64,000 bases of DNA from Ignavibacteriota bacterium (GTDB taxonomy: Bacteria > Bacteroidota > Ignavibacteria > UBA10030). The DNA is taken from positions 352,001 through 416,000 of the forward strand of contig CAVSHO010000001.1 in NCBI GenBank assembly GCA_963727825.1. Reading direction: 5' to 3'. Each line of letters opens with the position of its first letter. Position 1 is the first letter of the stretch. Positions 17,917 through 27,933 of the stretch are shown one piece after another. A program made the translations under genes and the position numbers. Below the pieces are notes generated by a model that searched no databases, was not told the DNA's origin, and saw nothing but the letters and a program-made list of their open reading frames with translations.

Positions 17917-20325
17917 ATGAATGTAACATCCTTTGTTTTAGGACAAGCGCTGAGGCAGCTTGGCATCCCTACAGATGCAATTCGCCAATTGCAGATCGCC
18001 GGTCAATTGAGCGATGTCGATGGGAGCGGATTCCCCAATGAATTATTTCAGTTGAGTGCTCCAATGGTAACGCGGGGATTGCTGAACTATGCAATCCTAC
18101 AGATGAAGCGTGACTGGTTATATCCGCAGTGGGTGCATCAACAACTTGATCCAAAAAGTAAAAGTTTTGTCGCAAGATCGCAGAATCCATTGCTTCTTAA
18201 CATTACGCACAGAAATTGGACAATGCTCGGCAGTCCATATGGAGAGTACGAAGCTATTGTCGATCCTTGCGGATTACTCACACCGTTACCTCGTGAATGG
18301 TCGATTGATGTTTGGCTTGTATCAGATCGGGGGATATTCCTGCCATCACTTTCCATACCGATATATCAAGAATACGATACAAAGGCACCAAGAATCACAA
18401 CTCGGTTTGATGTTCATGGTATGTTGTTAGAAATTGAGGCATTCGTTGATACAACGAATCAAGGAAGAGATGTGATCTTCCAAGCCGTTCACGTAACCAA
18501 TAACACCGATCAAGTATTAGATGCATTAGTATGTTTTGCTGTGCGGCCGTTCAATCCAGAAGGGGTTGCGCCGATCCGGCATATTGAATTCAAGCAAGCA
18601 CGCCAATTGTATGTTGATCACTGTCTCGGACTTGTCTTTGCCGAGGAACCACAGAGAGTATATTGTTCCAATGCTCAGCAAGGAGATGTAGTGAATACAC
18701 TTCGTCGGCAAGTAGAATGCGGCAATTGGAGATCATCAGAAGAAACTGATCTGAAACATTCAGTGTCGTGCTCGAATGGTCTGGCAAATGCAGCAGTAGT
18801 GTTTGAGGCAAACCTTGTTCCCAACGCAAAACGGTCAATTCACTCTAGTATTGCCTTAGGAACAAAACAGTTTCTTTCACGATTGCAGTCAAAATCAACC
18901 TGGCGTGTCTCCTTTGAACAGCGAAGGGAAAGACATCAAGCTCGATGGATTAAAGAACGGTCAATTGGTGCTGTGATCGAAATTGCCGACGAGCGTCTGC
19001 AAAAGCTCTTCGATGCTAATGTACTGGCTCTTTTACAACTGCAGGATGGTGAATTTATTTCTCCCGGTCCATACCTTTATCATCATTTCTGGTTCCGGGA
19101 TGCAGCACCGATGGTGCATGCGTTGGATAGATTGGGATTTCATCGGCGTGCAAGACAGGTATTAGATTCCTTCCCTGAAAGGCAAGCCAGCGATGGTTTT
19201 TTTAGAGGGCCGGATGGAGAGTGGGATTCCAATGGCGAGGCACTCTGGCTGATCGAGCAACACGTTGCATTATCGCATCCGATTTCGTGGTTAGGACATC
19301 TATTCCCGAATATTCAACGCGGTGCTGAGTGGATTATTCAGAAAAGAAAGCAGAGTCACGATACATTTTCTACAAATCGAGGACTTCTTCCGCCAAGTTT
19401 AAGCGCCGAACATTTTGGAATGGTTGATCAATACTATTGGGACTCCTTCTGGGGATTAAGAGGCATTCGTTCCGCGGCCGCTCTCGCTCATATCATTCAT
19501 CGGCGGGAGATTGCAGAACGATGGGATCGTGAAGCTGAAATGTTCTCCAAAGATATTCGAAGGTCACTGGAAATCGCTGCCGACCGGTTAGGCAGAAATC
19601 TTATTCCGGCATCTCCCTCGCGTCCGTTTGATGAAAGTGCTATCGGATTTGTTTCCGGAATTTATCCGCTAGGTATTACAGATGTCTTTCCATCAGCTTT
19701 TAATGCAACACTGCATGAATTCACGGATAGGTTTGTAGATGACAGAGGGTTTTTCCATCCCATTATTCATTCTGGGTACAATCCATATCTCACATTACAG
19801 ATTGCGCACGCTTTTTTATTGAATAACCAACCACAACGGGCCTGGCAAATTGCTGAGACAATTTTCCGTCAATGCCCGTCACCATATTCATTGCCCGAAG
19901 CGATACATCCAAAGACAGGCGGTGGAGCTATGGGGGATGGTCATCATGGCTGGGCTGCCGCTGAAATTGTTCTCTTTTTTCTCGATTGTCTTGTGCGTGA
20001 AGAAAGAACAATGCTTTCTTTCTATAAAGATGCGACTGCAGGAATGATTCCATGGGGAATGAACACTTCTTTTCATGGAATTGCGACATCATTTGGGAAA
20101 GTCGGTTGTACATTAAACTACGAAACTGAAGGAAGGGCAATATGCTCGCTGTCACTTGAATCTATTTCAGAAAAGAAGCCAAGTGCAATTGATATCTATT
20201 TGCCGTTCTCAATCAAGAGAGCGTTGACGTCTACGCAGGGTGTAGATCTTCAGATTACATCAGGGCAGGAGAAAACAAGAATTACTTGTTCATCAGGCAA
20301 CGCAGTATTGCTCCTGGAGAGATAA
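17917..20325 (+). CDS. Six-hairpin (alpha/alpha)6 glycosidase-like protein (GH15/GH63/GH78-like), no signal peptide
   Basis: PGPYLYHHFWFRDAA, GEWDSNGEALW, SAEH, YYWDSFWGLRG, LPEAIHP and GDGHHGWAAAE motifs. Confidence 0.7.
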   Translation: MNVTSFVLGQALRQLGIPTDAIRQLQIAGQLSDVDGSGFPNELFQLSAPMVTRGLLNYAILQMKRDWLYPQWVHQQLDPKSKSFVARSQNPLLLNITHRNWTMLGSPYGEYEAIVDPCGLLTPLPREWSIDVWLVSDRGIFLPSLSIPIYQEYDTKAPRITTRFDVHGMLLEIEAFVDTTNQGRDVIFQAVHVTNNTDQVLDALVCFAVRPFNPEGVAPIRHIEFKQARQLYVDHCLGLVFAEEPQRVYCSNAQQGDVVNTLRRQVECGNWRSSEETDLKHSVSCSNGLANAAVVFEANLVPNAKRSIHSSIALGTKQFLSRLQSKSTWRVSFEQRRERHQARWIKERSIGAVIEIADERLQKLFDANVLALLQLQDGEFISPGPYLYHHFWFRDAAPMVHALDRLGFHRRARQVLDSFPERQASDGFFRGPDGEWDSNGEALWLIEQHVALSHPISWLGHLFPNIQRGAEWIIQKRKQSHDTFSTNRGLLPPSLSAEHFGMVDQYYWDSFWGLRGIRSAAALAHIIHRREIAERWDREAEMFSKDIRRSLEIAADRLGRNLIPASPSRPFDESAIGFVSGIYPLGITDVFPSAFNATLHEFTDRFVDDRGFFHPIIHSGYNPYLTLQIAHAFLLNNQPQRAWQIAETIFRQCPSPYSLPEAIHPKTGGGAMGDGHHGWAAAEIVLFFLDCLVREERTMLSFYKDATAGMIPWGMNTSFHGIATSFGKVGCTLNYETEGRAICSLSLESISEKKPSAIDIYLPFSIKRALTSTQGVDLQITSGQEKTRITCSSGNAVLLLER

Positions 20326-21147
20326 TATATTCGTTCCGGGAATGCGGTGAATATGAACGGTAAGGGGAAGTTCCATCTTTGCCTTAGCATAGAGAGATTC
20401 ATTTTCGCCGACAAGGATTGCTAAACCATCGGGGTCGCACAGCTGCAATAACGGGATGTCTATATCGCTATCGGTGGCAACAATCATGGGCATACAATCG
20501 CCGCTCAATAGACGGTATTGGGCAACTTTTCCATCGCCCACCGGAATCGGGTTCAATATTTGATTCGTGATTATTCCGTTTACGATTTTTGGCTTAATAC
20601 CGGCAATATTATTTATAGGAATATCAAACAACATAGAAGCGGCCATTTTCGCTGAAACATCGTTGCTTGCCGAAATAATAAAAATCGTATACTCCCACTG
20701 ACGCAACAGGTGTATCACCTCAAGCATGATCTGATTTGCCTTTGGCACAGGGACTTCCATTCCTTCACACCTGATCGTATCGGAACTCGAAAGTAAAACT
20801 CGTTTGGTTGTTCTGATAAGAAAGTCCAAAGAAAGGCCATTCAATGCGCGCACCGCTTCAATGTAAGCAGTTGATGCATCTTCTTTTACCATCTGCTGAT
20901 ATTCGGTCCATGAGAGCGAGAGAGGAAAGTCTTCAGAGAGTAATTGTGCAAAAATGGCATTACCAATATCACCGACAAGCAATGTATTATCCAGATCAAA
21001 TACCGCGGTTCTGCTTTTCCCACCCAGATGAGATTCACCAAACCGCTGCTCAATATCTAGGAGGCACTCCAATATGTTCGATCGAAAAACCATTTCTATC
21101 GAGTACTTTGACATAAAGCCAGGGTCGATCAATTCGTAGATTCTCAT
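20293..21147 (-). CDS. HAD-superfamily phosphatase (subfamily IB-like)
   Basis: Motif I AVFDLDNTL, motif II IISAS, motif III GKV, motif IV TDSDID; ATGA coupling to the upstream gene. Confidence 0.85.
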   Translation of the reverse strand: MRIYELIDPGFMSKYSIEMVFRSNILECLLDIEQRFGESHLGGKSRTAVFDLDNTLLVGDIGNAIFAQLLSEDFPLSLSWTEYQQMVKEDASTAYIEAVRALNGLSLDFLIRTTKRVLLSSSDTIRCEGMEVPVPKANQIMLEVIHLLRQWEYTIFIISASNDVSAKMAASMLFDIPINNIAGIKPKIVNGIITNQILNPIPVGDGKVAQYRLLSGDCMPMIVATDSDIDIPLLQLCDPDGLAILVGENESLYAKAKMELPLTVHIHRIPGTNILSLQEQYCVA

Positions 21148-22124
21148 TGCGCTGTGAATGATCGAAGAGGTTTAGCTGCGAATGCAGGAATCGTAAGTGG
21201 TTTATGATGTTGATGAAGTGCAACTGTAACGTTTGAGATCTGGTAAGGAATCGGCAGCTGGCGAATCTTGATATTACAATACCCATCAGTATATTGCAAC
21301 ATATTATACTTCAAGAACTTCACAGGGTCGTCACAGACTGCGCCTGCTCCATTGGCAAAAAGAATTCCGTTACGATCATATATCTCATTTCGATGAATAT
21401 GTCCATGCAATACATATCGGACATTGAACGATTGGAAAAGGCGGATAATTCTTTTTCTTTTTTTCATCCGCATGGTGTTCGACTCTATTTTTGTCCAAAG
21501 TCTGCCTCCTTCATAGTCTGATTGAATGAAATCGTTAAAGTGATGATGGATAACAATAATGTTGGTACGATCAGCTAAAATGCCGAAGGAGGTCATTTTT
21601 TCTAAAGCATCAATTTGCTGATCGTCCAACATTCCATTCGTGCCCAATGGATTTTGCCTAAAAGACCATGGAGGAATTGAATTCAAGCCGATGATGTTGA
21701 ATGGCCCTACTATTTTGATAAAAGGAAACAGACTTGTTTCACTCAATCTTGTGACATTCTGGAAAGTCTCAGCAAATGCATTCTGGAACAATGCTATATG
21801 CTGTGTATAGTCGATACTACGAATATGCTGCGGAAAACTCAGCACATCTACAGCGCGATGTGGTCCGCCGAAAATATCATGATTCCCAGGCACGATAGTC
21901 AATTTGCTGCTATCCAGCAATTGATGATTTAAAAGTATTTCCCGTGCAAGATAGTAATCATCTTCATCAGCCGTGCTGACAATATCACCGGAGACAATTA
22001 TATGATCTGCCCCTTCGTTCAACATAGAACGTAAGAGCATTTTAAATGATTTGATATGCTCACGATAATGCTGCCGGCTCAAATGCGGATCTGAAATATG
22101 TGCTATTTGAAACATATCTTTCAT
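21144..22124 (-). CDS. Calcineurin-like metallophosphoesterase (CpdA/GpdQ-like)
   Basis: AHISDPH, SGDIV, PGNHD, HHH and LHGHIH motifs; likely ATG at 22124. Confidence 0.88.
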   Translation of the reverse strand: MKDMFQIAHISDPHLSRQHYREHIKSFKMLLRSMLNEGADHIIVSGDIVSTADEDDYYLAREILLNHQLLDSSKLTIVPGNHDIFGGPHRAVDVLSFPQHIRSIDYTQHIALFQNAFAETFQNVTRLSETSLFPFIKIVGPFNIIGLNSIPPWSFRQNPLGTNGMLDDQQIDALEKMTSFGILADRTNIIVIHHHFNDFIQSDYEGGRLWTKIESNTMRMKKRKRIIRLFQSFNVRYVLHGHIHRNEIYDRNGILFANGAGAVCDDPVKFLKYNMLQYTDGYCNIKIRQLPIPYQISNVTVALHQHHKPLTIPAFAAKPLRSFTAQ

Positions 22125-22132
22125 AAGAATAT

Positions 22133-23281
22133 TTACGCTGCCTTGTGTAATAATCGGCGTTGTTTTACCTGTTGTATAACATCTTCGTACGTAATAAAGA
22201 GACGGTTCAGAATGGATTCCCACCGGTATTCCTGAGCACGTCGATGTGCCTGTTCGCCCATCGTCCGCCTATAATTCGGGTGATCGAGCAGCCATTCCAC
22301 TTTTTGTGCAAGGTTCACACCGTCCAGTGGTTTAGCAAGGAGTCCAGATGTTCCATCTTCAATGATCTCAGTTGCGCCCCCCATTTTTGCTGCAACTGGG
22401 GTCAATCCGGAAGCCATTGCTTCTAACGTTACCAATCCGAAGGTCTCCGTTGTTGAGGGGAAGACAAAGATGTCGGCAGAGGCGAAACTCTCTGCAAGCG
22501 TGACACCCGTCTGGTATCCCAGGAAGTGTGCGCCCGGCATCATCTGCTCAAATTCGGTCCGAGCGTGACCTTCCCCCACGATCACCATTTGAAAATCATT
22601 TCGCTTTGTTTTTAATTGTTGATATGCATCAGCTAGGACTCGCAAGTCTTTTTCCCATACTAACCTGCTTACAAATAATACGATGGGTTTAGAACCGCCG
22701 CCGAATTGTATTCGCCATACGTCATTTCGACGCTCAGGCGTGAAGAGCCCCGTGTCGACACCATTTGGAAGATATTGTAAACGTTGAATATTGTTTTCTG
22801 TCAATTCATTTAAAATAGGTCTTGTAGGGACGAGAGTTAGATCTACGTTGTTATACAGATTTCGGGTTATTCGCCATACAAGGTCTTCAAGCTTTGTCAG
22901 GTTATAATAACGAGGATATGCCGGGAAGTGTGTATGGTATGTTGCAACCACAGGCACGTCAAAATGTTTTGCATATTTCACCGCACCAAATCCGAGTGTG
23001 CAGGGACTATTGATATGAATGATGTCCGGCCTGAAATTATTTAGTATTTTGGCGAAAGATTGATATCCTGGCAAAGCCATCCTGTATGCTTTTTGGAGCG
23101 GGATGACAACGGAGGGAACCTTATACATCGGAATGAGCTGCTCTGATAGTTCAGGCAAAATAGAAGTGATGGCAATTACCTCATGATTTCTGGCAAGTGC
23201 GCCATCAATCATTTTATATACAACACGCGTGACTCCATCTTGTCCGACTTTTAAGTTCGCATTGAAATACGCTATTCGCAT
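22133..23281 (-). CDS. GT4-family glycosyltransferase (MgtA/Agt-like, likely diacylglycerol glycosyltransferase)
   Basis: AGGAG RBS; DGVTR, ATYHTHFPAY, NGVD, VSRLVWEK and FPSTTETFGLVTLEAMASG motifs. Confidence 0.88.
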   Translation of the reverse strand: MRIAYFNANLKVGQDGVTRVVYKMIDGALARNHEVIAITSILPELSEQLIPMYKVPSVVIPLQKAYRMALPGYQSFAKILNNFRPDIIHINSPCTLGFGAVKYAKHFDVPVVATYHTHFPAYPRYYNLTKLEDLVWRITRNLYNNVDLTLVPTRPILNELTENNIQRLQYLPNGVDTGLFTPERRNDVWRIQFGGGSKPIVLFVSRLVWEKDLRVLADAYQQLKTKRNDFQMVIVGEGHARTEFEQMMPGAHFLGYQTGVTLAESFASADIFVFPSTTETFGLVTLEAMASGLTPVAAKMGGATEIIEDGTSGLLAKPLDGVNLAQKVEWLLDHPNYRRTMGEQAHRRAQEYRWESILNRLFITYEDVIQQVKQRRLLHKAA

Positions 23282-23391
23282 AAATACTCCTCTTTTCTTG
23301 CATGCAATATAAGAGAAGCGTATTACTGGAAAATGATGGTGTGGTTATTGATTTGTTAAGCTTTTCGGATGATGAAATCTGGAGGAACGCA

Positions 23392-23577
23392 TTAAAAAAG
23401 AGGAAGGAAGGCATATCGAAGAAGAAAGAGGGCTACGGTTATTCCTATCACCCAAAGGAAAAATTCGATTCCGTTTATCGGTTCAGTATTCTCTTCTCTG
23501 TTTTGCTCTGGGAGATTTTTTTCTACCATTTCGAAGATCTTCGATGAAGGATCATGCTCGTTTTCTGTATTTGCCAT
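23392..23577 (-). CDS. Small single-TM hypothetical protein (61 aa), first gene of the GT4 operon
   Basis: AAGGA RBS before ATG; acidic N-terminus and C-terminal hydrophobic helix. Confidence 0.55.
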   Translation of the reverse strand: MANTENEHDPSSKIFEMVEKNLPEQNREENTEPINGIEFFLWVIGITVALFLLRYAFLPLF

Positions 23578-23744
23578 ACAGCTTTATCCTTTATGAATCA
23601 TTAATAATAACAAGAAGCAATGAGTAAAGTATTACGGAATTGTTAATTTATTATTAACAAAATTGAGTCTTTTCTACGAATCCTTGAAAGAGAGAAACCT
23701 AACCCCTATATTAAATGCACAAATCTGAAAGATTGAAGTACCTT

Positions 23745-24434
23745 ATGAAAAAAAACATTCTAATCGTCGATGATGAAAAAGATATCATCGATCTTTTATC
23801 GTATAATCTGATCAAAGAAGATTTTTCGGTGATTACCGCCCGCAACGGACGCGAGGCATTGGAACGAGTGAAACAAAAACCTGATTTGATCATTTTAGAT
23901 ATAATGATGCCGGAAATAAACGGGTTGCAGGTTATTCAGGAATTAAAAAGGGATAAGAAGACAGCGTCCATTCCTGTGCTTTTACTTACAGCAAAGGGTT
24001 CAGAGACGGATGAAATTGTTGGCCTGGAAGTAGGAGCGGATGATTATATTATTAAGCCGGTGAAAATTGGAAAAATCATTGCGCGTGTACATGCGGTACT
24101 TCGCAGACAAGAGCAGGCTGCTCAAAAAGCAATTCCACAAATGGATATTATTTCTATAAAAGACTTAGTAATTAACGTGTCCAGCTACACAGCAAGCATT
24201 GGGAAGCAGAAGCTATTATTTCCAAGAAAAGAATTTGAAACGCTCGTTTATCTTATTCGGAATCGTGGGAGAGTGCTTTCACGAGAAGCCATATTAAATG
24301 CGGTCTGGGGGGAAAATATTCATGTGGTGGATAGAACTATAGACGTTCATATTAGAAAAATACGCGAGAAGCTTGGTACTTATTCGGATTATGTCGAGAC
24401 AGTTTCTGGTGTTGGATATCGATTTAAAGCTTAA
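23745..24434 (+). CDS. phoP: PhoB/PhoP-type response regulator
   Basis: ILIVDDE, PDLIILDIMMP, LTAK, GADDYIIKP and wHTH RTIDVHIRKIREKL; directly upstream of a PhoR-like kinase in a phosphatase-rich region. Confidence 0.85.
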   Translation: MKKNILIVDDEKDIIDLLSYNLIKEDFSVITARNGREALERVKQKPDLIILDIMMPEINGLQVIQELKRDKKTASIPVLLLTAKGSETDEIVGLEVGADDYIIKPVKIGKIIARVHAVLRRQEQAAQKAIPQMDIISIKDLVINVSSYTASIGKQKLLFPRKEFETLVYLIRNRGRVLSREAILNAVWGENIHVVDRTIDVHIRKIREKLGTYSDYVETVSGVGYRFKA

Positions 24435-25878
24435 ATGAAAATACAAACAAAAATTACCGTTACTTATGTTGTTCTTGCACTGTTGATTGTTGTCAGTCTC
24501 GGTGTATTCACAAGCATGCGCATGGAATCGGTACTTCAAGGAGCGAATGGTAAACGAACTAAGCCGTCAAGCCGATTTGGTTTTCTTCATTCTCGAAAAA
24601 GATACGACGTACTCATTCTCGCAAATCGATCAACAGGTCAAGTTGGTCGGAGGTCTAGAAAACCTTCGAATTACACTAATTGATGTACAAGGAAACGTAC
24701 TTGCAGACTCGGATATTCCTTTCCCAGATATTGCTGAAGTAAAGAACCATTTGAATCGTCCAGAAGTTCAAGATGCAAAACGTTATGGTGTTGGACACGA
24801 TATCCGTCATAGTGCAACTGTCGGTCACGATTTTTTGTACATGGCAAAACTTGTAAGGATATTTCCAAAGGGAATTAATTTTAAAACGCTTCAATATATC
24901 AGATTGAGTGTTCCACTCGAAGACGTGCAGGATCAAATCAATCGCATTCGTTCGATTATTATAATAGTTGGATTAGGAGTACTGCTTGCAATTGTAACGG
25001 TCAGCATAATTGTTTCTCGTCTCATTACAAAACCGATGACGCAAATTGCCCAAGGTGTGGAACAAATTCGCTCCGGCGATCTGGATGCACAGCTTATTGT
25101 TTCTTCTAATGATGAAATCGGACTTGTAGCAAACGCGGTTAACGAACTCGTACAAAAGCTTAAGTCGGATATTGTACAATTGAAGAAATTAGAGCAAGTG
25201 CGCAGTCAGTTTCTAGGAAATGTTTCGCACGAGCTTCGCACACCGATATTTGCTGTACAGGGATATTTGGAAACGCTTCTCAACGGTGCTGTAGATGATC
25301 CTGCTGTGAATCGCTCGTTTTTGGAAAAAGCACAATCAAATTTGGACCGTCTCAATGTATTGCTAGAGGATCTCATCAACATTTCTCAAATCGAATCAGG
25401 TGAAATGAAAATGAGCTTCCGATACTTCAGTATCAACGAATTTCTAGAATCTGTAATCAAAGAATTTGAAACTATAGCGGCAAACCGAGATGTTGTTCTA
25501 AAACTATTATTGAACACGACCGCGGACGATGAAATTTTTGGCGATAGAGATAGATTGCGGCAGGTTCTAAATAATTTAATCAGCAATGCTATTAACTATA
25601 ATAAATCCGGAGGGGAAGTAGTTATCGCTTCCGAGAAAAAAGAACATGGCATTCAACTGAGTATAAAAGATACGGGTGTTGGAATTCCATCTGAACATCT
25701 TTCAAGGATATTTGAGAGGTTTTATCGTGTTGACAACGACCGCTCACGCGAGCTTGGCGGCACCGGCCTAGGCCTTGCAATTGTTAAGCATATCGTGGAA
25801 GCCCACGGAAGTCAGGTACAGGTGGAAAGTAAGGTGGGAGAAGGAAGCATATTCCGATTCCTTCTTAAAAATAACTAA
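24435..25878 (+). CDS. phoR: PhoR-type sensor histidine kinase (TM-sensor-TM-HAMP-HisKA-HATPase); one extra base near 24530, probably an assembly error
   Basis: MKIQTKITVTYVVL...MRMES joins YFKERMVNEL if one G of TCGGTAC is removed. NHLNRPEV, VSHELRTP, RIFERFYRVD and GGTGLGLAIVKH motifs. Confidence 0.85.
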
Positions 25879-27698
25879 TGTGCATTCGCCGGTATTTCGA
25901 TGGCTGGAACCATGATCTCTATGAGCTCTTGTTCCAACGCAAGTAATTCATTCCGCATAGTTTCACGATAGTGTTCAGATTCTTCAAGCAGCTTTGGAAT
26001 CAGACTTTTGTAATAGTTTATACCATCCTGTAAACTCGCTTTGAATGTGCTGAAATATTTTTGTTCCTTTGCATTCCAAGTATCAAGCCGTTTTTGGATT
26101 TCAATTTTCATATAATCCACATATAACCGCAGCTCATTTATGAATAAATTGGGGCGATTGGGATCAGTCATAAGTTGTATACGGCCGTAGATGTGCCCCA
26201 CCATTTCTTCTAATGAGGTAATTTTTGAGAAGTAAGCGAGATTCGGCCCTGGACATATTGCAACAGCGCGTTCTTTTGCGGGTCCATGACCATTACTGTT
26301 GATGAGGCCGGATGCAGCAAGATCTTCACACAGACAGGCTTTCTCAACTATCTTCGCAAGTTTCTCAAATAGCACCGTCGGTGAAAAATTCTGTTTTTTT
26401 AATTGATCAATTTTAAGTTCTTGATATTGGCTCGATGCAGTGCAAATTGGTTCAGTCGTAAATTCTGTGTTGGAGACGAGAAACTTTTTTGTGCATTTGC
26501 TTCCGGGGTTTCCCTCATTGGCGCGCTGGTGGATAAGCAAGTCGCTCGTGCTTCCCCGTAGATTATTAAACGGCACTCCAAGTGGTGAAGCATCGCTGAT
26601 ATAATAATCCTCTCTCCTAGCATGAACAAGTAGCTGTCTTGTCGTCTCATCGACATTGGTTGCCTCTGGGACGAGGAGAAACGGTGATCCCCAGCCAGTT
26701 CCTTCAATACAGTAATATTCACGCAAGAACTTGTCTTCCTTCGCCGTGCCAATCCCGCCTTGTACAGTTATTCGAAACGGTAAAGAGTGAGGAAGAGGCA
26801 TTCCTTTTTCCAGTAATGCCGCAGCATAAATTTGCCGTAATTCTGAAAGCAATAAATTTCTATTGGTCTTGAACTCGTCGAGAATTGGCCCAAGCAAAAG
26901 CCCATGCGAAGGAAAAGCATGTCCGCCGCAATTTAATCCGGATTCAATACGGAATTCTGAAATCCAAATTCCTTTCTTTGCAAGTATCTTTCCCTGAATA
27001 ATGGCAGAACGATAATCGCTGACTTTGAGGATAACCCTTTTATTTAGATTGCCATTTTCATCGGGGAAAAATTCGGGCCGTTGTCCCATGTAACTGAATA
27101 ACCGGGGATTCAATCCCGCAGAGAGAATAACTGATGAATTGAGGTCGCTTTGAGCAAATCCGCGCAGTGAGGCAAGTGCATCTGAAAATTCTGCCGGGAG
27201 TTCTTTTTGATCGTGTCCGGTATTAGCTTTATCTAATTTTGTCATGATGTTAACATCGATATCGCCGGCAATAATATTTGTTCGTAACTCATGCTGCAAC
27301 GCTGATTGTTTTTCGGTGTCGGTCACATGTATCATGCGATGATAAAGCACTTTAAGCTGTGAGTCCTCCGGCAGAATTTCGAAATACTTGACAATCTCGC
27401 TTCCTTTCTCAAACGCTGAAGCTTTGAGAGTGGCAATCTGTTTCTGCACAATCTTCTGGAGAAGATTGAGATAAGCGGTAATCCTTTTGGCTCGATAATC
27501 TTCATCCCGAACAGTAATCGGAAAATAAGTCTCCTCGAACAATCGTGCATAATGCTTTCTCATGTGCTCGATTAAAATATCATCTACAATCGATATGACA
27601 GATGAAATACCGTACCTCGCAACTCGAATAGGAGTGTCAACAGAAAATGCCAGTCCTAATACCGGAATATGAAATGAATGCACTCGAGTATCTGCCAT
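25875..27698 (-). CDS. Conserved ~600-aa Bacteroidota-type protein with probable FMN-linked TIM barrel (nitronate monooxygenase/FabK-like) and Cys cluster
   Basis: ILSAG, ESGLNCGGHAF, TVQGGIGT and GWGSPFL echo NMO/FabK motifs; Cys pattern KCTKK..ICTAS..ACLCEDL..ICPGPN. Confidence 0.6.
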   Translation of the reverse strand: MADTRVHSFHIPVLGLAFSVDTPIRVARYGISSVISIVDDILIEHMRKHYARLFEETYFPITVRDEDYRAKRITAYLNLLQKIVQKQIATLKASAFEKGSEIVKYFEILPEDSQLKVLYHRMIHVTDTEKQSALQHELRTNIIAGDIDVNIMTKLDKANTGHDQKELPAEFSDALASLRGFAQSDLNSSVILSAGLNPRLFSYMGQRPEFFPDENGNLNKRVILKVSDYRSAIIQGKILAKKGIWISEFRIESGLNCGGHAFPSHGLLLGPILDEFKTNRNLLLSELRQIYAAALLEKGMPLPHSLPFRITVQGGIGTAKEDKFLREYYCIEGTGWGSPFLLVPEATNVDETTRQLLVHARREDYYISDASPLGVPFNNLRGSTSDLLIHQRANEGNPGSKCTKKFLVSNTEFTTEPICTASSQYQELKIDQLKKQNFSPTVLFEKLAKIVEKACLCEDLAASGLINSNGHGPAKERAVAICPGPNLAYFSKITSLEEMVGHIYGRIQLMTDPNRPNLFINELRLYVDYMKIEIQKRLDTWNAKEQKYFSTFKASLQDGINYYKSLIPKLLEESEHYRETMRNELLALEQELIEIMVPAIEIPANAH

Positions 27699-27933
27699 CT
27701 TTAATTCTTTCAATAGTAACAATTTTAATCAAATTAATACAAGATCGTGTATTTTCCCGCAAAATCAAATTATATCCAGAGAAATGCAGACTTATTTATT
27801 AAAATGATAATGAAGTGGTGATCAGTGGTTCCAATAAAGGAACTACAATAAAAAAAATAGAATGTTAAATATTGTGTATATCAAATTAAACCTTTATATA
27901 TCTATCGATTTCTTATAAGAAACAAAAATATTA

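Noticed and set aside
24435-25878. phoR (likewise dapF and the APC permease) as pseudogenes or programmed frameshifts
   Set aside because: No slippery heptamers and no other decay. All share the GGTAC context, and dapF is likely essential.
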